Source: a virus (lineage: Duplodnaviria > Heunggongvirae > Uroviricota > Caudoviricetes). Taken from it: a stretch of 64,000 nt of DNA. The position numbers were made by a program, and so were the translations under genes. The notes beneath the pieces are model-generated. The model saw only the letters and a list, made by a program, of their open reading frames with translations. It was not told the origin of the DNA and searched no databases. The stretch lies in the IMG/VR virus record IMGVR_UViG_3300024333_000003. One strand, given 5' to 3'. Below, piece after piece: positions 37,577 through 47,065 of the stretch (position 1 is the first letter of the stretch; every line of letters starts with the position of its first letter).

Positions 37577-38473
37577 TTATTCAAATTTTAATTTATCTAA
37601 AGCTATACTGGTGCCACCAGTGCCACGTTTGGGCAACTCGACGGGAACTTCGCTAATGTCGGTTATTTTGGACTCAGTTTTATCAGAAGTATTTTCTACG
37701 ACCAGTTTAATTTTAAGTTCATCCAATAAGTTATGACTTTCCTTCTTGCGCGCATCGCTTGAATCTAATCGATCGGCTATCTTTAATGCTAATTGTGCAA
37801 ACTTCTGCGCATCATCCGGACGTAAACGTACATTTTCTTTAAAGGTAAAATATGCATCAGACAACATATCAGAAAATACTTGTTCTAATGACATATGAGG
37901 ATCGGTGCCAAGACCTAACTTCCATACCAAATAATGTCTGTCACCCTTTAATGCTGCTTTCTTTAGAATCATTTTGAATTCAGCGTCACGCTGAGACTCT
38001 ACAAAAAATTCTCGGTCAGCATAACCCCATTCTTCGAAGTTAGCAAAATATTTTAAGAAGTTTTGAAAATCAGGCGAGTCGTGTGACACTTCATAGCGGC
38101 CGTTTACCAGTAATTCAATATCCATGGGATTAATTCCAGATAACGCCAGTGCTGTAATAATTTTTCGTAATCTAGAATCTGCTAATATTTCAAAAGCTCC
38201 CTCGCACCCGTCGATACTGGTCTTAGCCGGTGCTGGTTTTTTAAAGCGATAATAATACATCGGAGATAACTGCAAATCTTCAAGCTCGATATCATCGAAT
38301 TGTAAATTCGCAGAAGTCTCGCGGAGCTGATCTACAATAGGTGCTAAAGTTGCTAAGTCTAACTCTATATTATGCAATTTACAATCTTCCAACACCATCT
38401 CAGGCTTGAATCCTCCTGCGATTAATGTTTGTATATAAAGCTTTTCAGGTACACGTATAATTTTCTTTACCAT
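37577..38473 (-). CDS. hypothetical protein
   Basis: ORF. Confidence 0.3.
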   Translation of the reverse strand: MVKKIIRVPEKLYIQTLIAGGFKPEMVLEDCKLHNIELDLATLAPIVDQLRETSANLQFDDIELEDLQLSPMYYYRFKKPAPAKTSIDGCEGAFEILADSRLRKIITALALSGINPMDIELLVNGRYEVSHDSPDFQNFLKYFANFEEWGYADREFFVESQRDAEFKMILKKAALKGDRHYLVWKLGLGTDPHMSLEQVFSDMLSDAYFTFKENVRLRPDDAQKFAQLALKIADRLDSSDARKKESHNLLDELKIKLVVENTSDKTESKITDISEVPVELPKRGTGGTSIALDKLKFE

Positions 38474-38931
38474 AAGTTTTTCACGTCTTGTATAGTGACT
38501 GGTTTGGGTTTACGTTTTAACTTTCCTTCTTTTCTCAGCTTAACTTCGTAATTGGTACGATTCCCAAGCCAATAGGGTCTCTTTTCTCCCATGAGGTATC
38601 TACGAACAAAATTAACAAACTTGCTAAGCGGAATGCCATGCTTTTGCGCCATGCCTTTGTACGTACATTCCCGCAGTTCTTTAAAAAATGCTTCCTTACC
38701 AATTGTATTATAGTATTCTAACAATTTTTTATTTTCAGAACTCTGTGGTTGACGACGCAAAACACCGGGACATCTACGACCCCATCTTGGTTTTGGATGC
38801 CACTTCTGATCTTGAAATATAACGTCTTTCACATACTGTAACGAAATCAACGGATCGCCGGCTTCCTCCACTATCTGTTCGGGAGTGTAACCTTTGTCTT
38901 TTTGGATTAAAACATATGCACTCCATTTCAT
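38467..38931 (-). CDS. hypothetical basic, possibly DNA-binding protein (first gene of the head/packaging operon)
   Basis: ORF preceded by a leaderless promoter. Confidence 0.3.
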   Translation of the reverse strand: MKWSAYVLIQKDKGYTPEQIVEEAGDPLISLQYVKDVIFQDQKWHPKPRWGRRCPGVLRRQPQSSENKKLLEYYNTIGKEAFFKELRECTYKGMAQKHGIPLSKFVNFVRRYLMGEKRPYWLGNRTNYEVKLRKEGKLKRKPKPVTIQDVKNLW

Positions 38932-38965
38932 AGAGAAATTTACGCATATTTAATATAAATGTCAA
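38932..38965 (-). promoter_or_regulatory. sigma-70-like promoter TTGACA-17-TAAATT with the ATG 5 nt downstream (leaderless)
   Basis: Minus strand reads TTGACAtttatattaaatatgcgTAAATTtctctATG. Confidence 0.55.
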
Positions 38966-38971
38966 TAGTAT

Positions 38972-38980
38972 GGTATAAGA
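38972..38980 (+). promoter_or_regulatory. GGTATAAGA promoter element, back-to-back with the divergent minus-strand promoter
   Basis: aTGGTATAAGAt upstream of gene 39007. Confidence 0.5.
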
Positions 38981-39006
38981 TATACAGTTTATAGAAAGGA
39001 GACTAT

Positions 39007-39279
39007 ATGTATTTATACGAATTAAAAGGTCCGGCCAGAATTCGCGTCCTAGAAGATGTCGTGACACCAATAGGCGCATTACCTATATATAAAGGAATGG
39101 TACTGAATTTTTATCATCTCGATGGCATGTATTCTGTTTGTGCTACATATGACGGAACAATCTATCATGCAAGCGCACATACAAAAGTTGAAGTTCTTCG
39201 GGGCGAACCATCGTCGCAAAAAAGATTAAAATTTAAATTAAAAGGAAAATATAATGACGCGAAAAGTAAGAGTTATTGA
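39007..39279 (+). CDS. hypothetical protein
   Basis: RBS aaaggag. Confidence 0.35.
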   Translation: MYLYELKGPARIRVLEDVVTPIGALPIYKGMVLNFYHLDGMYSVCATYDGTIYHASAHTKVEVLRGEPSSQKRLKFKLKGKYNDAKSKSY

Positions 39280-39313
39280 ACCACATTCATACTTATATAG
39301 AGTTTAGTTTAGC

Positions 39314-39553
39314 ATGAAACCAATATGTTTTAAAGGATGTAACTGCATTTACGCTAAAGACCAGCCTGAGTACCTGCCTCTGCATGTACATAAAAAATTA
39401 GATGGCGAAGTTATTAGCTGTTGGGAATTTAATTGGCGTGACCGCCTGAAAATATTGTTTGGTGCAAAGTTATATTGGCACCAGTTAACGTTTAATAAAC
39501 CATTACAACCCGTTAGAGCGGAATTAGAATTTAATATACATGATCAAACATAA
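39314..39553 (+). CDS. hypothetical protein
   Basis: ORF. Confidence 0.3.
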   Translation: MKPICFKGCNCIYAKDQPEYLPLHVHKKLDGEVISCWEFNWRDRLKILFGAKLYWHQLTFNKPLQPVRAELEFNIHDQT

Positions 39554-39773
39554 AAAACAATTCGGAGTATACCATTGGGATACATTCGATAATGAAACCA
39601 TTCTAATCACAAAGGATTGGCGCACTTTAGAAATGGCAGAATTTGATACGATACTAGAAGCCGACGCATTTGTACAAGAACAATATGCCGGGTGTATAAG
39701 TGATCAAGGCGCGGATCAGGTAGATATTGTAGATCTACAAGGAAACGTAGTTCAATCTTATAGGGTTTGCTAA
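39540..39773 (+). CDS. hypothetical protein
   Basis: ORF. Confidence 0.3.
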   Translation: MIKHKKQFGVYHWDTFDNETILITKDWRTLEMAEFDTILEADAFVQEQYAGCISDQGADQVDIVDLQGNVVQSYRVC

Positions 39774-39933
39774 CGAATGATCCGCAAAATTCGTAATAAG
39801 GCGAAAGCCTTTTGGAAACATGGAAAACATAAAAACCTGTACGAAATAAATATTTTGAATAATAGGAAAAAAATAATTAGAAGTACAGATATGGTTGATA
39901 GTATTAAAACGCTCTTTGCTAAAAAGGTGGTAA

Positions 39934-40251
39934 ATGATAAAGCTACGTGATATATTTGACGACAAGGTAGAATTGCCCAAGACTTATAAAGGAATAAACC
40001 TTTATAAAAGTGATTGGACACATAGTGCTTTGCGTTCTATTACCTGTTCAATAGTTGGAGCAGAGATCTTAGATTTCACTATTATACAAACTGAATATGG
40101 CTTCCGTGCTTGGTGTTATAAAACTTCGTATTATACAAATCCCGTAATTTCAACTAATTTTTATTCTCCAGACACATTGTTAGAAGAAGTGCTAGAGACG
40201 TTCATTCGTTGTTTCACAAAGATAAGTCAGGCGATAAATGATATTCATTAA
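39934..40251 (+). CDS. hypothetical protein
   Basis: ORF. Confidence 0.3.
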   Translation: MIKLRDIFDDKVELPKTYKGINLYKSDWTHSALRSITCSIVGAEILDFTIIQTEYGFRAWCYKTSYYTNPVISTNFYSPDTLLEEVLETFIRCFTKISQAINDIH

Positions 40252-40346
40252 AGAAGATGTCATGATTAGCGGGTATACTAGTATGCCACAAGTGATAAAA
40301 GTAATAAATTGGCATATGACCTTTAAACATTGGAAAAGGTGTATTT

Positions 40347-40829
40347 ATGAACTTATTATTTTTAGACATTGACGGTGTATTAATTAACGCACGTGGTTGT
40401 ATTGCGCACGATCTACATGATATTGGACAACCGAGTCGTGCAACAGATGTTAATTTTGATCCGACATCAGTAAAATTGCTTCAGCGGGTGTGTGAAATAT
40501 GCGACTTAAAAATATTCATACACAGTACGTGGTGGCATGACGGTATATACGACACTGAATATTTTGTTGCTGCGTTAGAGAAATATGGGTGGGCAAATGC
40601 TCCGGTTATTGGCGGTATCGATGTACGTGGGCGCAAAAATCGCGTCAATTATGGACTGCTAACATTTCAACCAGAAAGATGGATTATCTTGGATGATGCC
40701 TGTATGAAAGAAGAGTATGGTAGTAATATGCTTTGTATAAATCCAATGGAAGGCATAACATTTGCTGATTATGCATATATACTTACATACTTTGGCAAAG
40801 CCGATAAAATAGGTTGTTTCTTCTTTTAA
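40347..40829 (+). CDS. HAD-superfamily phosphatase-like protein
   Basis: Motif I LFLDIDGVL (DxDG). Motif III-like IILDD. Confidence 0.5.
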   Translation: MNLLFLDIDGVLINARGCIAHDLHDIGQPSRATDVNFDPTSVKLLQRVCEICDLKIFIHSTWWHDGIYDTEYFVAALEKYGWANAPVIGGIDVRGRKNRVNYGLLTFQPERWIILDDACMKEEYGSNMLCINPMEGITFADYAYILTYFGKADKIGCFFF

Positions 40830-40834
40830 TTTAT

Positions 40835-40843
40835 GGTATAAGA
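40835..40843 (+). promoter_or_regulatory. GGTATAAGA promoter element
   Basis: aTGGTATAAGAat with a possible -35 TTGTTT 17 nt upstream. Confidence 0.5.
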
Positions 40844-40905
40844 ATTTTACTTTTAAGATAGGGTTTTATTACTTATGTGTTCGACTTCCTATCTTAGTCG
40901 AACTG

Positions 40906-41541
40906 TTGTTAATATTTAAGGAGATTCACATGAGTCAACTTCCGTTAGTTCCCACACAATTGGTGGCCGAATTTCGGGCTTTCGCGCGCGTGCATGATAT
41001 GCGAAGGCAAGAACTGAAAAAAGCCTTGCTCACCAATGTGTACTCGAGTCTTGATAAGCGCCGCATTGTTGTGGTGTTGAAGGATCGAGTTGCACCTGGA
41101 TCAGATCGCCGTAAATTTTACCCAGAGGTAAAAGGAGCAACATTACATATCCAAGCAAATGAGTGCGGACCATTTTCCAAGGGTTCGGGATCATTTGCAC
41201 AGGTTGTAACAGATCTCGAAGGAAACAAATTAAGGCCAATCGTAGATTTCGCCAAAGTAAAAGGCGGATACGTAGCTCCCGGCGGACATCGTGCGATTTT
41301 TGATGCCCCAACATTAATGGTATTAAAGGCCTACCAAGACCAAAATGTGGTTACGATAAGCAAACTCACACCATATGTTGATGGTGAAGAAGCATGGATC
41401 CATGAAGATGCCATGTGCGTAGTGCCAAAAAATCAGGCATTGCCACCCGAATGGGAAAAATATACACCGGCTTTTCAGGCGTTATTGGTACGACTACATA
41501 AGGTCGCCACTATTGAATTACATTATGGTATCATAGGATAG
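40906..41541 (+). CDS. hypothetical protein
   Basis: RBS aaggag. Confidence 0.35.
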   Translation: MLIFKEIHMSQLPLVPTQLVAEFRAFARVHDMRRQELKKALLTNVYSSLDKRRIVVVLKDRVAPGSDRRKFYPEVKGATLHIQANECGPFSKGSGSFAQVVTDLEGNKLRPIVDFAKVKGGYVAPGGHRAIFDAPTLMVLKAYQDQNVVTISKLTPYVDGEEAWIHEDAMCVVPKNQALPPEWEKYTPAFQALLVRLHKVATIELHYGIIG

Positions 41542-41545
41542 TAAT

Positions 41546-41761
41546 ATGCTTACCCCGAAAGACTTAGAAGCGCTTAATAAAACACACAACGATTTTTTGG
41601 TGCTACCTGATCGAGTGGTTGGGTCGACCTATTTATGTTTGCCTGAAACTGATCAATGCGGCAACAGTAAGAAACCGTATCTATCTGCAGAAGAATCACG
41701 TAAACAACTTGCATTGCTGGAATCAGACCGAATTCGTGAATTATGTAGTAAACCGCGCTAG
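41546..41761 (+). CDS. hypothetical protein
   Basis: ORF. Confidence 0.3.
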   Translation: MLTPKDLEALNKTHNDFLVLPDRVVGSTYLCLPETDQCGNSKKPYLSAEESRKQLALLESDRIRELCSKPR

Positions 41762-41768
41762 AAACTAA

Positions 41769-41803
41769 AAGACCCGAGATGATGACCCGGGTCTTTTTTT
41801 TTA
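41769..41803 (+). terminator. rho-independent terminator
   Basis: aagacccg-N10-cgggtctt followed by a T9 run. Confidence 0.8.
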
Positions 41804-42310
41804 CTGTTTCAATCGTTTATGCGCTTTATCTGGTCCAAATATTTTTAGACCTAATCCGATATCTGGATACATCGGGGCTATAATAGGAGGTTGTGGTTGG
41901 TTACGATAAGGAGCGGCCATTTTTTGTATCTCATCATTTCTGGCACGTAATACCGTTAGAAATTGTGGTAAGGTACGTTGACCTTTTAAACTATTACAAG
42001 CCGGGCATATAATATTTAAATTATCAGTATTATGTATATTACCACGGTATCGTTTATAGTACGATCGAGGAACTTTGTGATCGATCGTCAGGGCATCCCA
42101 CGTCATTGGCATGCCGCATGTCTCGCAGGCTATAAAATTGCCTGGGAGTAATAATTGCTTGAGTCGATTGTAAAGCCATTCTTCAGTGATGTTACTTTTA
42201 CCGTTACGTTTCGAAATATCGTCACTGAATCTTTTTATTTTATTTGTTACGAGAGCCTTCAATGAAAATCGAAAGCCATTGTTACCATTAGTTTGTTTTT
42301 GTTTGGTCAT
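41801..42310 (-). CDS. HNH endonuclease
   Basis: CETCGMP...IDHKVPRS...NLNIICPACNSLKGQ. Confidence 0.65.
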   Translation of the reverse strand: MTKQKQTNGNNGFRFSLKALVTNKIKRFSDDISKRNGKSNITEEWLYNRLKQLLLPGNFIACETCGMPMTWDALTIDHKVPRSYYKRYRGNIHNTDNLNIICPACNSLKGQRTLPQFLTVLRARNDEIQKMAAPYRNQPQPPIIAPMYPDIGLGLKIFGPDKAHKRLKQ

Positions 42311-42851
42311 AATTTATCGACACCGGTGCGTCAGGCGGTCTATCTGTATTATCAGTAAATATTAATGGAGGGTACATGTATAATTTGTTTGTAGATGGTA
42401 ATGGATTAAACTGCGCTTGTGCGGCGTTGAATTCTAAGTATAATTCATTATAAAATATTATTTTTTCTATTACTACGATAGCCTCGGGTGCTTCAGCAGA
42501 TGTTTTTGGAAAACGAATATCAAAACAAGACGTTTGATCGTAAGCTTCGTAGTATTTTAGTATCTCTGCCGGAGATACTGCATAAATATCTTTATTTATT
42601 ACCCGTTGAAAAAGTTTTTCCGGAAACAGCTTTTCGATATAATTAGTGGCTTCATCTTTTGTAAGAAGTCTGGAAGAAAATTTATAAAATGTATTTCGAG
42701 CTATTATAACACGGCCCTTAAATAATGTATTTAATACCAATAAAACCTGACGGCCTTTTTCTCTTAAATCAGCGGTCAAAGAAATACCAGTATTTATACT
42801 ATATATATTACCACTTAATATCGGACTGCCAAGAGAAGGTGTACTCATCAT
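42288..42851 (-). CDS. hypothetical protein
   Basis: ORF. Confidence 0.3.
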   Translation of the reverse strand: MMSTPSLGSPILSGNIYSINTGISLTADLREKGRQVLLVLNTLFKGRVIIARNTFYKFSSRLLTKDEATNYIEKLFPEKLFQRVINKDIYAVSPAEILKYYEAYDQTSCFDIRFPKTSAEAPEAIVVIEKIIFYNELYLEFNAAQAQFNPLPSTNKLYMYPPLIFTDNTDRPPDAPVSINYDQTKTN

Positions 42852-43077
42852 CGATCTTTAAAGTGTCTGGATAGTTTGCGGTGTTGTATTGTTTTTGAAA
42901 AATACGCACGATCCGACTAGCAACCGCTCTGCTAAAAATTTTATCTGTAACGTGTCGTACATTGTTTTGAATACATAATATCTTACCAGCATCGTATTGC
43001 ATATTGACATATTGTGATATTTCCGACGCAATTCGAGTAGTGGCTAATAATTCTAAATCGTCTATAGTTACTGGCAT
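42808..43077 (-). CDS. hypothetical protein
   Basis: ORF. Confidence 0.3.
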   Translation of the reverse strand: MPVTIDDLELLATTRIASEISQYVNMQYDAGKILCIQNNVRHVTDKIFSRAVASRIVRIFQKQYNTANYPDTLKIDDEYTFSWQSDIKW

Positions 43078-43080
43078 TAT

Positions 43081-43089
43081 GGTATAAGA
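43081..43089 (+). promoter_or_regulatory. GGTATAAGA promoter element
   Basis: aTGGTATAAGAt. Confidence 0.5.
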
Positions 43090-43144
43090 TATTTGTTATG
43101 CATTTACATATATAATATACATAAAATTTAGGAGAAAAGCAAAT

Positions 43145-43531
43145 ATGAAGGCATTTAGTATACCAGCATTAAATGCAGCTAAGAGACTAGCTCAGCTGTA
43201 TCGAGATCTTACATGCGTACAAGTAGAGAACGCGTTTAAGACTTATGGTGTTAAAGATGTCGCTAGGGCGTTAACAGGGTTTGGTGATACCAATGAATGT
43301 ATAATTTGTGCTATTGCGGACACATGTATAGATTGCTTTTACATGCAAGTAGCTGAAGAACATTGCACAGCGGGTGTTAATGAGAAAACTTATCGTGCAA
43401 TCGCCAGCGCAGATACACCAGAAAAATTATACTTGGCCTATAAAGCAAGAATGAACTATATACAACAACTTATTGAAAGGTGCGAATATGAAATGGATGA
43501 TGATGTTAGTGGTAAGTATGCTATTATATAG
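43145..43531 (+). CDS. Cys-rich small protein (paralog of 44007-44396)
   Basis: CIICAIADTCIDC...TPEKLYLAYKARMNYIQQL. Confidence 0.35.
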   Translation: MKAFSIPALNAAKRLAQLYRDLTCVQVENAFKTYGVKDVARALTGFGDTNECIICAIADTCIDCFYMQVAEEHCTAGVNEKTYRAIASADTPEKLYLAYKARMNYIQQLIERCEYEMDDDVSGKYAII

Positions 43532-43802
43532 CTGCGGATTGTTAGAAGCTCCTGCTCCATCAAAGAATGATCCAAAAATCCAAATACAAAATTTACGAAT
43601 AACCATGGGGGCCGACCATGTCCTTGTGTCCGGTGAAGCAAAGAATCTCAAAGATACCGCAGTAAGTGTTCAAATAAATATAACACTTAATGGTATAAGC
43701 GGTGGTACAGAAGTATACTTTGGAATGTATACTATGCGCGAGTTCTCGATCAAGTACCCAGGTGTTACTGAAATAAGAAAGGTGGAAATAGAATGTTTAT
43801 AG
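43488..43802 (+). CDS. small lipoprotein (start trimmed to MKWMMM)
   Basis: Signal peptide with lipobox LLYSC. Confidence 0.4.
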   Translation: MKWMMMLVVSMLLYSCGLLEAPAPSKNDPKIQIQNLRITMGADHVLVSGEAKNLKDTAVSVQINITLNGISGGTEVYFGMYTMREFSIKYPGVTEIRKVEIECL

Positions 43803-44017
43803 TAGTAATGGATCGATGTCGCCGTCCAGCAGTTATTAACGTTGATAAAATTATATCGATTGAAATCCATGAAAACTCAGCAGACAAACATGTTGTATTT
43901 TATTTGGACAATAATAACCAACTGCACTGTCATGTTGCAGAAGACATTAATAAAATTATGGTATTATTAGAAAAAGAAACAATGCTGTTAAAAACGGAAG
44001 GTGTAAATGCATCCTAA
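43793..44017 (+). CDS. hypothetical protein
   Basis: ORF. Confidence 0.3.
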   Translation: MFIVVMDRCRRPAVINVDKIISIEIHENSADKHVVFYLDNNNQLHCHVAEDINKIMVLLEKETMLLKTEGVNAS

Positions 44018-44396
44018 AAATATAACGGCTGCAAGACAGTTAATGAAGTTTTATAAAACTGTGACATTAGAAACTATAAAAGATGTTTGGAACGCGCATT
44101 GTTATGAATGTTCCATAATTATAGATGGAGAGCTGATTGCTCGAAAATTAATTGGATTTAATAGATATCATTCATGTAGTTTATGTAAAGCCGTAAACAG
44201 CCAATGTGCCTTATGTATATATGCCCCCAAGAATGGACCAAAAAATGCATATATGAAAGCTTATTGTGGAAATTCTTCTACTTATAAGAACATCAAGTCT
44301 GCAAAAACACCTGAGGAGTTGTTAACGGCATTTCGAAAACGCGCTACATTTATACAAAGGAGATTAAATGCAATCGCTAAACGTGAAAGAGTTTAA
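44007..44396 (+). CDS. Cys-rich small protein (paralog of 43145-43531)
   Basis: CSLCKAVNSQCALC...TPEELLTAFRKRATFIQRRL. Confidence 0.35.
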   Translation: MHPKNITAARQLMKFYKTVTLETIKDVWNAHCYECSIIIDGELIARKLIGFNRYHSCSLCKAVNSQCALCIYAPKNGPKNAYMKAYCGNSSTYKNIKSAKTPEELLTAFRKRATFIQRRLNAIAKRERV

Positions 44397-44733
44397 CGAA
44401 AAAATTTATAATGTGTCCGGTGTTAATACTGGATTTTCAGGATTAGTGCCGGCGTTAATTTTGTTTTATATACCGTGTTCATTTATGAAATCTACTGTTG
44501 ATATGTTAGAAAATATTTCACAAAAATATACTGGTAAATTAAATTTATATGGAGTAGATGTTAGTGATGCTGGTTATGAATTAGCTGAGATGCTTGGTAT
44601 ACGTGCACTGCCGTCATTACTGATCATATCTATGACCGGAGAACCGATGTTTTTAATGGGACGAATGGAGACAAGCAAGATGTTAGAAAATATATTATCA
44701 AAATTGGGTATAGGGAGTAAAATAATTTTATGA
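44368..44733 (+). CDS. thioredoxin-fold protein with a degenerate, single-Cys active site
   Basis: LILFYIPCSFMKS...KLNLYGVDVSDAGYELAEMLGIRALPSLLI matches the Trx layout, but CxxC is reduced to CSFM. Confidence 0.4.
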   Translation: MQSLNVKEFNEKIYNVSGVNTGFSGLVPALILFYIPCSFMKSTVDMLENISQKYTGKLNLYGVDVSDAGYELAEMLGIRALPSLLIISMTGEPMFLMGRMETSKMLENILSKLGIGSKIIL

Positions 44734-45035
44734 ATGTATCACGTAAAAGTTGGAAGTATGCTATTTCAAAAAGTGTATTTCCGGACCTGGAGAAAACAGC
44801 CGTTACAAAATATCAATCGAGGCTGCTATTTGCGGGTGCGTTACTCATAATGACGGTAACAATTGTAGTTTATGGAGGCATGGCGGGATTAATTCTGTAT
44901 GTTGTTTTATTATGTCCTTGGCTAATTCGGATTATTATAATTAGTATAACCATTGTAATAGCAGTAATAATATATTTAGTAACTATTTATAAAAGGCTGT
45001 CAAACAAAGAAGAACCGATAATTTATAAGGATTAG
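44730..45035 (+). CDS. small membrane protein (2 TM)
   Basis: Hydrophobic helices. Confidence 0.3.
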   Translation: MNVSRKSWKYAISKSVFPDLEKTAVTKYQSRLLFAGALLIMTVTIVVYGGMAGLILYVVLLCPWLIRIIIISITIVIAVIIYLVTIYKRLSNKEEPIIYKD

Positions 45036-45041
45036 TAATAG

Positions 45042-45251
45042 ATGGCAATCATTAACAAAAAAGTTAAACCACAAAAGATAAAAGCTAAGGCCAGTTTGAA
45101 AATTGTGTGCGATATTGAATTAGAAGCTGGGATATCTATAGAGGAAGTTTGCAAAAACATTACAACAGGACTCGAGCACTTCTTAAGTGAAACAGGCTGT
45201 GCCTTGGTTCATGGAGAGGTAACATTAGATGACAATCATCGAAAATCATAA
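45042..45251 (+). CDS. hypothetical protein
   Basis: ORF. Confidence 0.3.
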   Translation: MAIINKKVKPQKIKAKASLKIVCDIELEAGISIEEVCKNITTGLEHFLSETGCALVHGEVTLDDNHRKS

Positions 45252-45615
45252 TCCTAATATACATGCTTATTATGGATACTGGCGCGGAGAAGATGACAAA
45301 GACAGCACCTATTTCATATATCGTTTTCCAATAATAGGGTATCGTGTGGAGGATTCCGAGGCAATTGTACTATTGGATGACGGACGTATAGGAAGTGCAG
45401 TTGGATCTATATACACTGGTGAATATCCCGGAAAAGAAGTCTTATTACGACAAGCAAGTTGCTTCGAGGAAGTAGACGAAAGTGAAATCAACTTAGTACT
45501 CGAGAATAGTTTAATATTATCAATGGTTATGGAGAAAAAAAATGTGCTTCTATCCGAAATCGCCGGCAAAACCGAAGAGGGCCTGGTGGCCAATAAAAGT
45601 TGTAAAAGCAATTAA
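45229..45615 (+). CDS. hypothetical protein
   Basis: ORF. Confidence 0.3.
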   Translation: MTIIENHNPNIHAYYGYWRGEDDKDSTYFIYRFPIIGYRVEDSEAIVLLDDGRIGSAVGSIYTGEYPGKEVLLRQASCFEEVDESEINLVLENSLILSMVMEKKNVLLSEIAGKTEEGLVANKSCKSN

Positions 45616-45994
45616 AATTGTGGATGGGATATGGTATACCGCGGCGCTGAAAGTCCAGATTAAGCCAGGCGTAACACAGCGCCCTGAAGTTAAAGTAAAT
45701 TATAAAGAAACTGTACATTATGCCGAAGAGGGTTGGATTCATAGTTACCTGTACGCCGCAGAAAAAGGGGACAAGTTTTGTTGTCATTTTAAAATTCGTA
45801 ATATTTTTTATCGTGATGTAATGGCAGTTATACCATTTGGCGCGTTTTATTTAAAAAATGATACAGAGGTAATATCATCCAAATTAAAAATTGGAAAAAA
45901 ATTAATACCGTGCGCCCATGAGCCGGAAAAACCAAAAAATCCCTTATATAGGCAAATAATTCAAAAATTAAAAAATTTTGGGAGAACCTGTTGA
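45542..45994 (+). CDS. hypothetical basic protein
   Basis: ORF. Confidence 0.3.
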   Translation: MCFYPKSPAKPKRAWWPIKVVKAIKIVDGIWYTAALKVQIKPGVTQRPEVKVNYKETVHYAEEGWIHSYLYAAEKGDKFCCHFKIRNIFYRDVMAVIPFGAFYLKNDTEVISSKLKIGKKLIPCAHEPEKPKNPLYRQIIQKLKNFGRTC

Positions 45995-46808
45995 CTTTGA
46001 TTCACCACATACTAGCATCCTTGAACACGAAAGACCGGAATCACGGGTTGAGGCTCATTTTATGATTGCATTAACTAGCGACGAAGCACGTGAATTTTTA
46101 ACTGAATTTGGTTTCGATATAATAGCTAAATATATATACACCGAACAGCACTCAAGTCCACTAAATGTCACATTCACAGATCTATCTGATTCAGCTATAG
46201 CATCGGGAGCCATACAATACTTCGAAGAGTACTCTGCGCTAAAATTGCACAAAGTATTAAATAAGTACGGACTAGACGCATATAACGTATTAACACGTAA
46301 TAACAAGGCAGATAGTATCACCGTTAAAGACATACTTGAATCAAGCATGTATACATACAGCACACAGTACAAGTTATTAAATAGTTTCGGTGTATTTGCC
46401 ACCACGATATTAAATGCAGATCATGAACGTATATTGACCCCCGCTGCTTTTATGATAATTCAAGATCGAATAGCTGGCGTTGATGAAAATCTATTTAAAT
46501 TATTTGAAGCTTATGTAAATTCGGCACCATTATTTTCAATTGCACCAATTCTCGAATGTGTGCCCCGTACATTGCACGCATCTGATCTAAAATTTAGCGC
46601 TATATATCATCCAAGAGCGCTGCCCATATTTGTTCAGATGTTACAAACAATCGATCCGACTATATTAAATACACATCGCGATAATTTTAATAACTGGTTA
46701 ATTACAAATGTACCGAGCAGTCAATTCGAAGCTTTTGGTGTTGTTGCTGCTGGAGCGTTACAAAGTTTTTATGACAATTTACTCGAAAAGAGTGATTGGC
46801 CAAAATAG
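45978..46808 (+). CDS. hypothetical protein
   Basis: ORF. Confidence 0.3.
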   Translation: MGEPVDFDSPHTSILEHERPESRVEAHFMIALTSDEAREFLTEFGFDIIAKYIYTEQHSSPLNVTFTDLSDSAIASGAIQYFEEYSALKLHKVLNKYGLDAYNVLTRNNKADSITVKDILESSMYTYSTQYKLLNSFGVFATTILNADHERILTPAAFMIIQDRIAGVDENLFKLFEAYVNSAPLFSIAPILECVPRTLHASDLKFSAIYHPRALPIFVQMLQTIDPTILNTHRDNFNNWLITNVPSSQFEAFGVVAAGALQSFYDNLLEKSDWPK

Positions 46809-46831
46809 CTCAGAACATGGGCTATTTTTTT

Positions 46832-47065
46832 TTATTTTCTTGAGGATGAGGGGATATATTTTTTTGATTTATTTTTGGCGAATGTAATGTGCTTTAGGGC
46901 TGAAGGAAGTAATGCGGTATAAGAACATAGAAGGATTAGATGTCCTCTTTCTAACCGACACCGTGCACGGTTTTTGTCACAAAGGGAAGGCGAGTAACTA
47001 TCGCCACCTTCTCTTTTACATAAATGAAAAAGGGCAGCCTCAGCCACCCTTTTCATAATTTTCAA
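46832..47065 (-). CDS. hypothetical small protein
   Basis: ORF. Confidence 0.25.
   Translation of the reverse strand: MKIMKRVAEAALFHLCKREGGDSYSPSLCDKNRARCRLERGHLILLCSYTALLPSALKHITFAKNKSKKYIPSSSRK
46916..46924 (+). promoter_or_regulatory. GGTATAAGA promoter element. It shares a 17-nt identity (ggtataagaacatagaa) with the copy at 57340 and is followed by a short palindrome plus T5.
   Basis: cGGTATAAGAACATAGAAgg. Downstream accgtgcacggt followed by ttttt at about 46961-46977. Confidence 0.4.
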
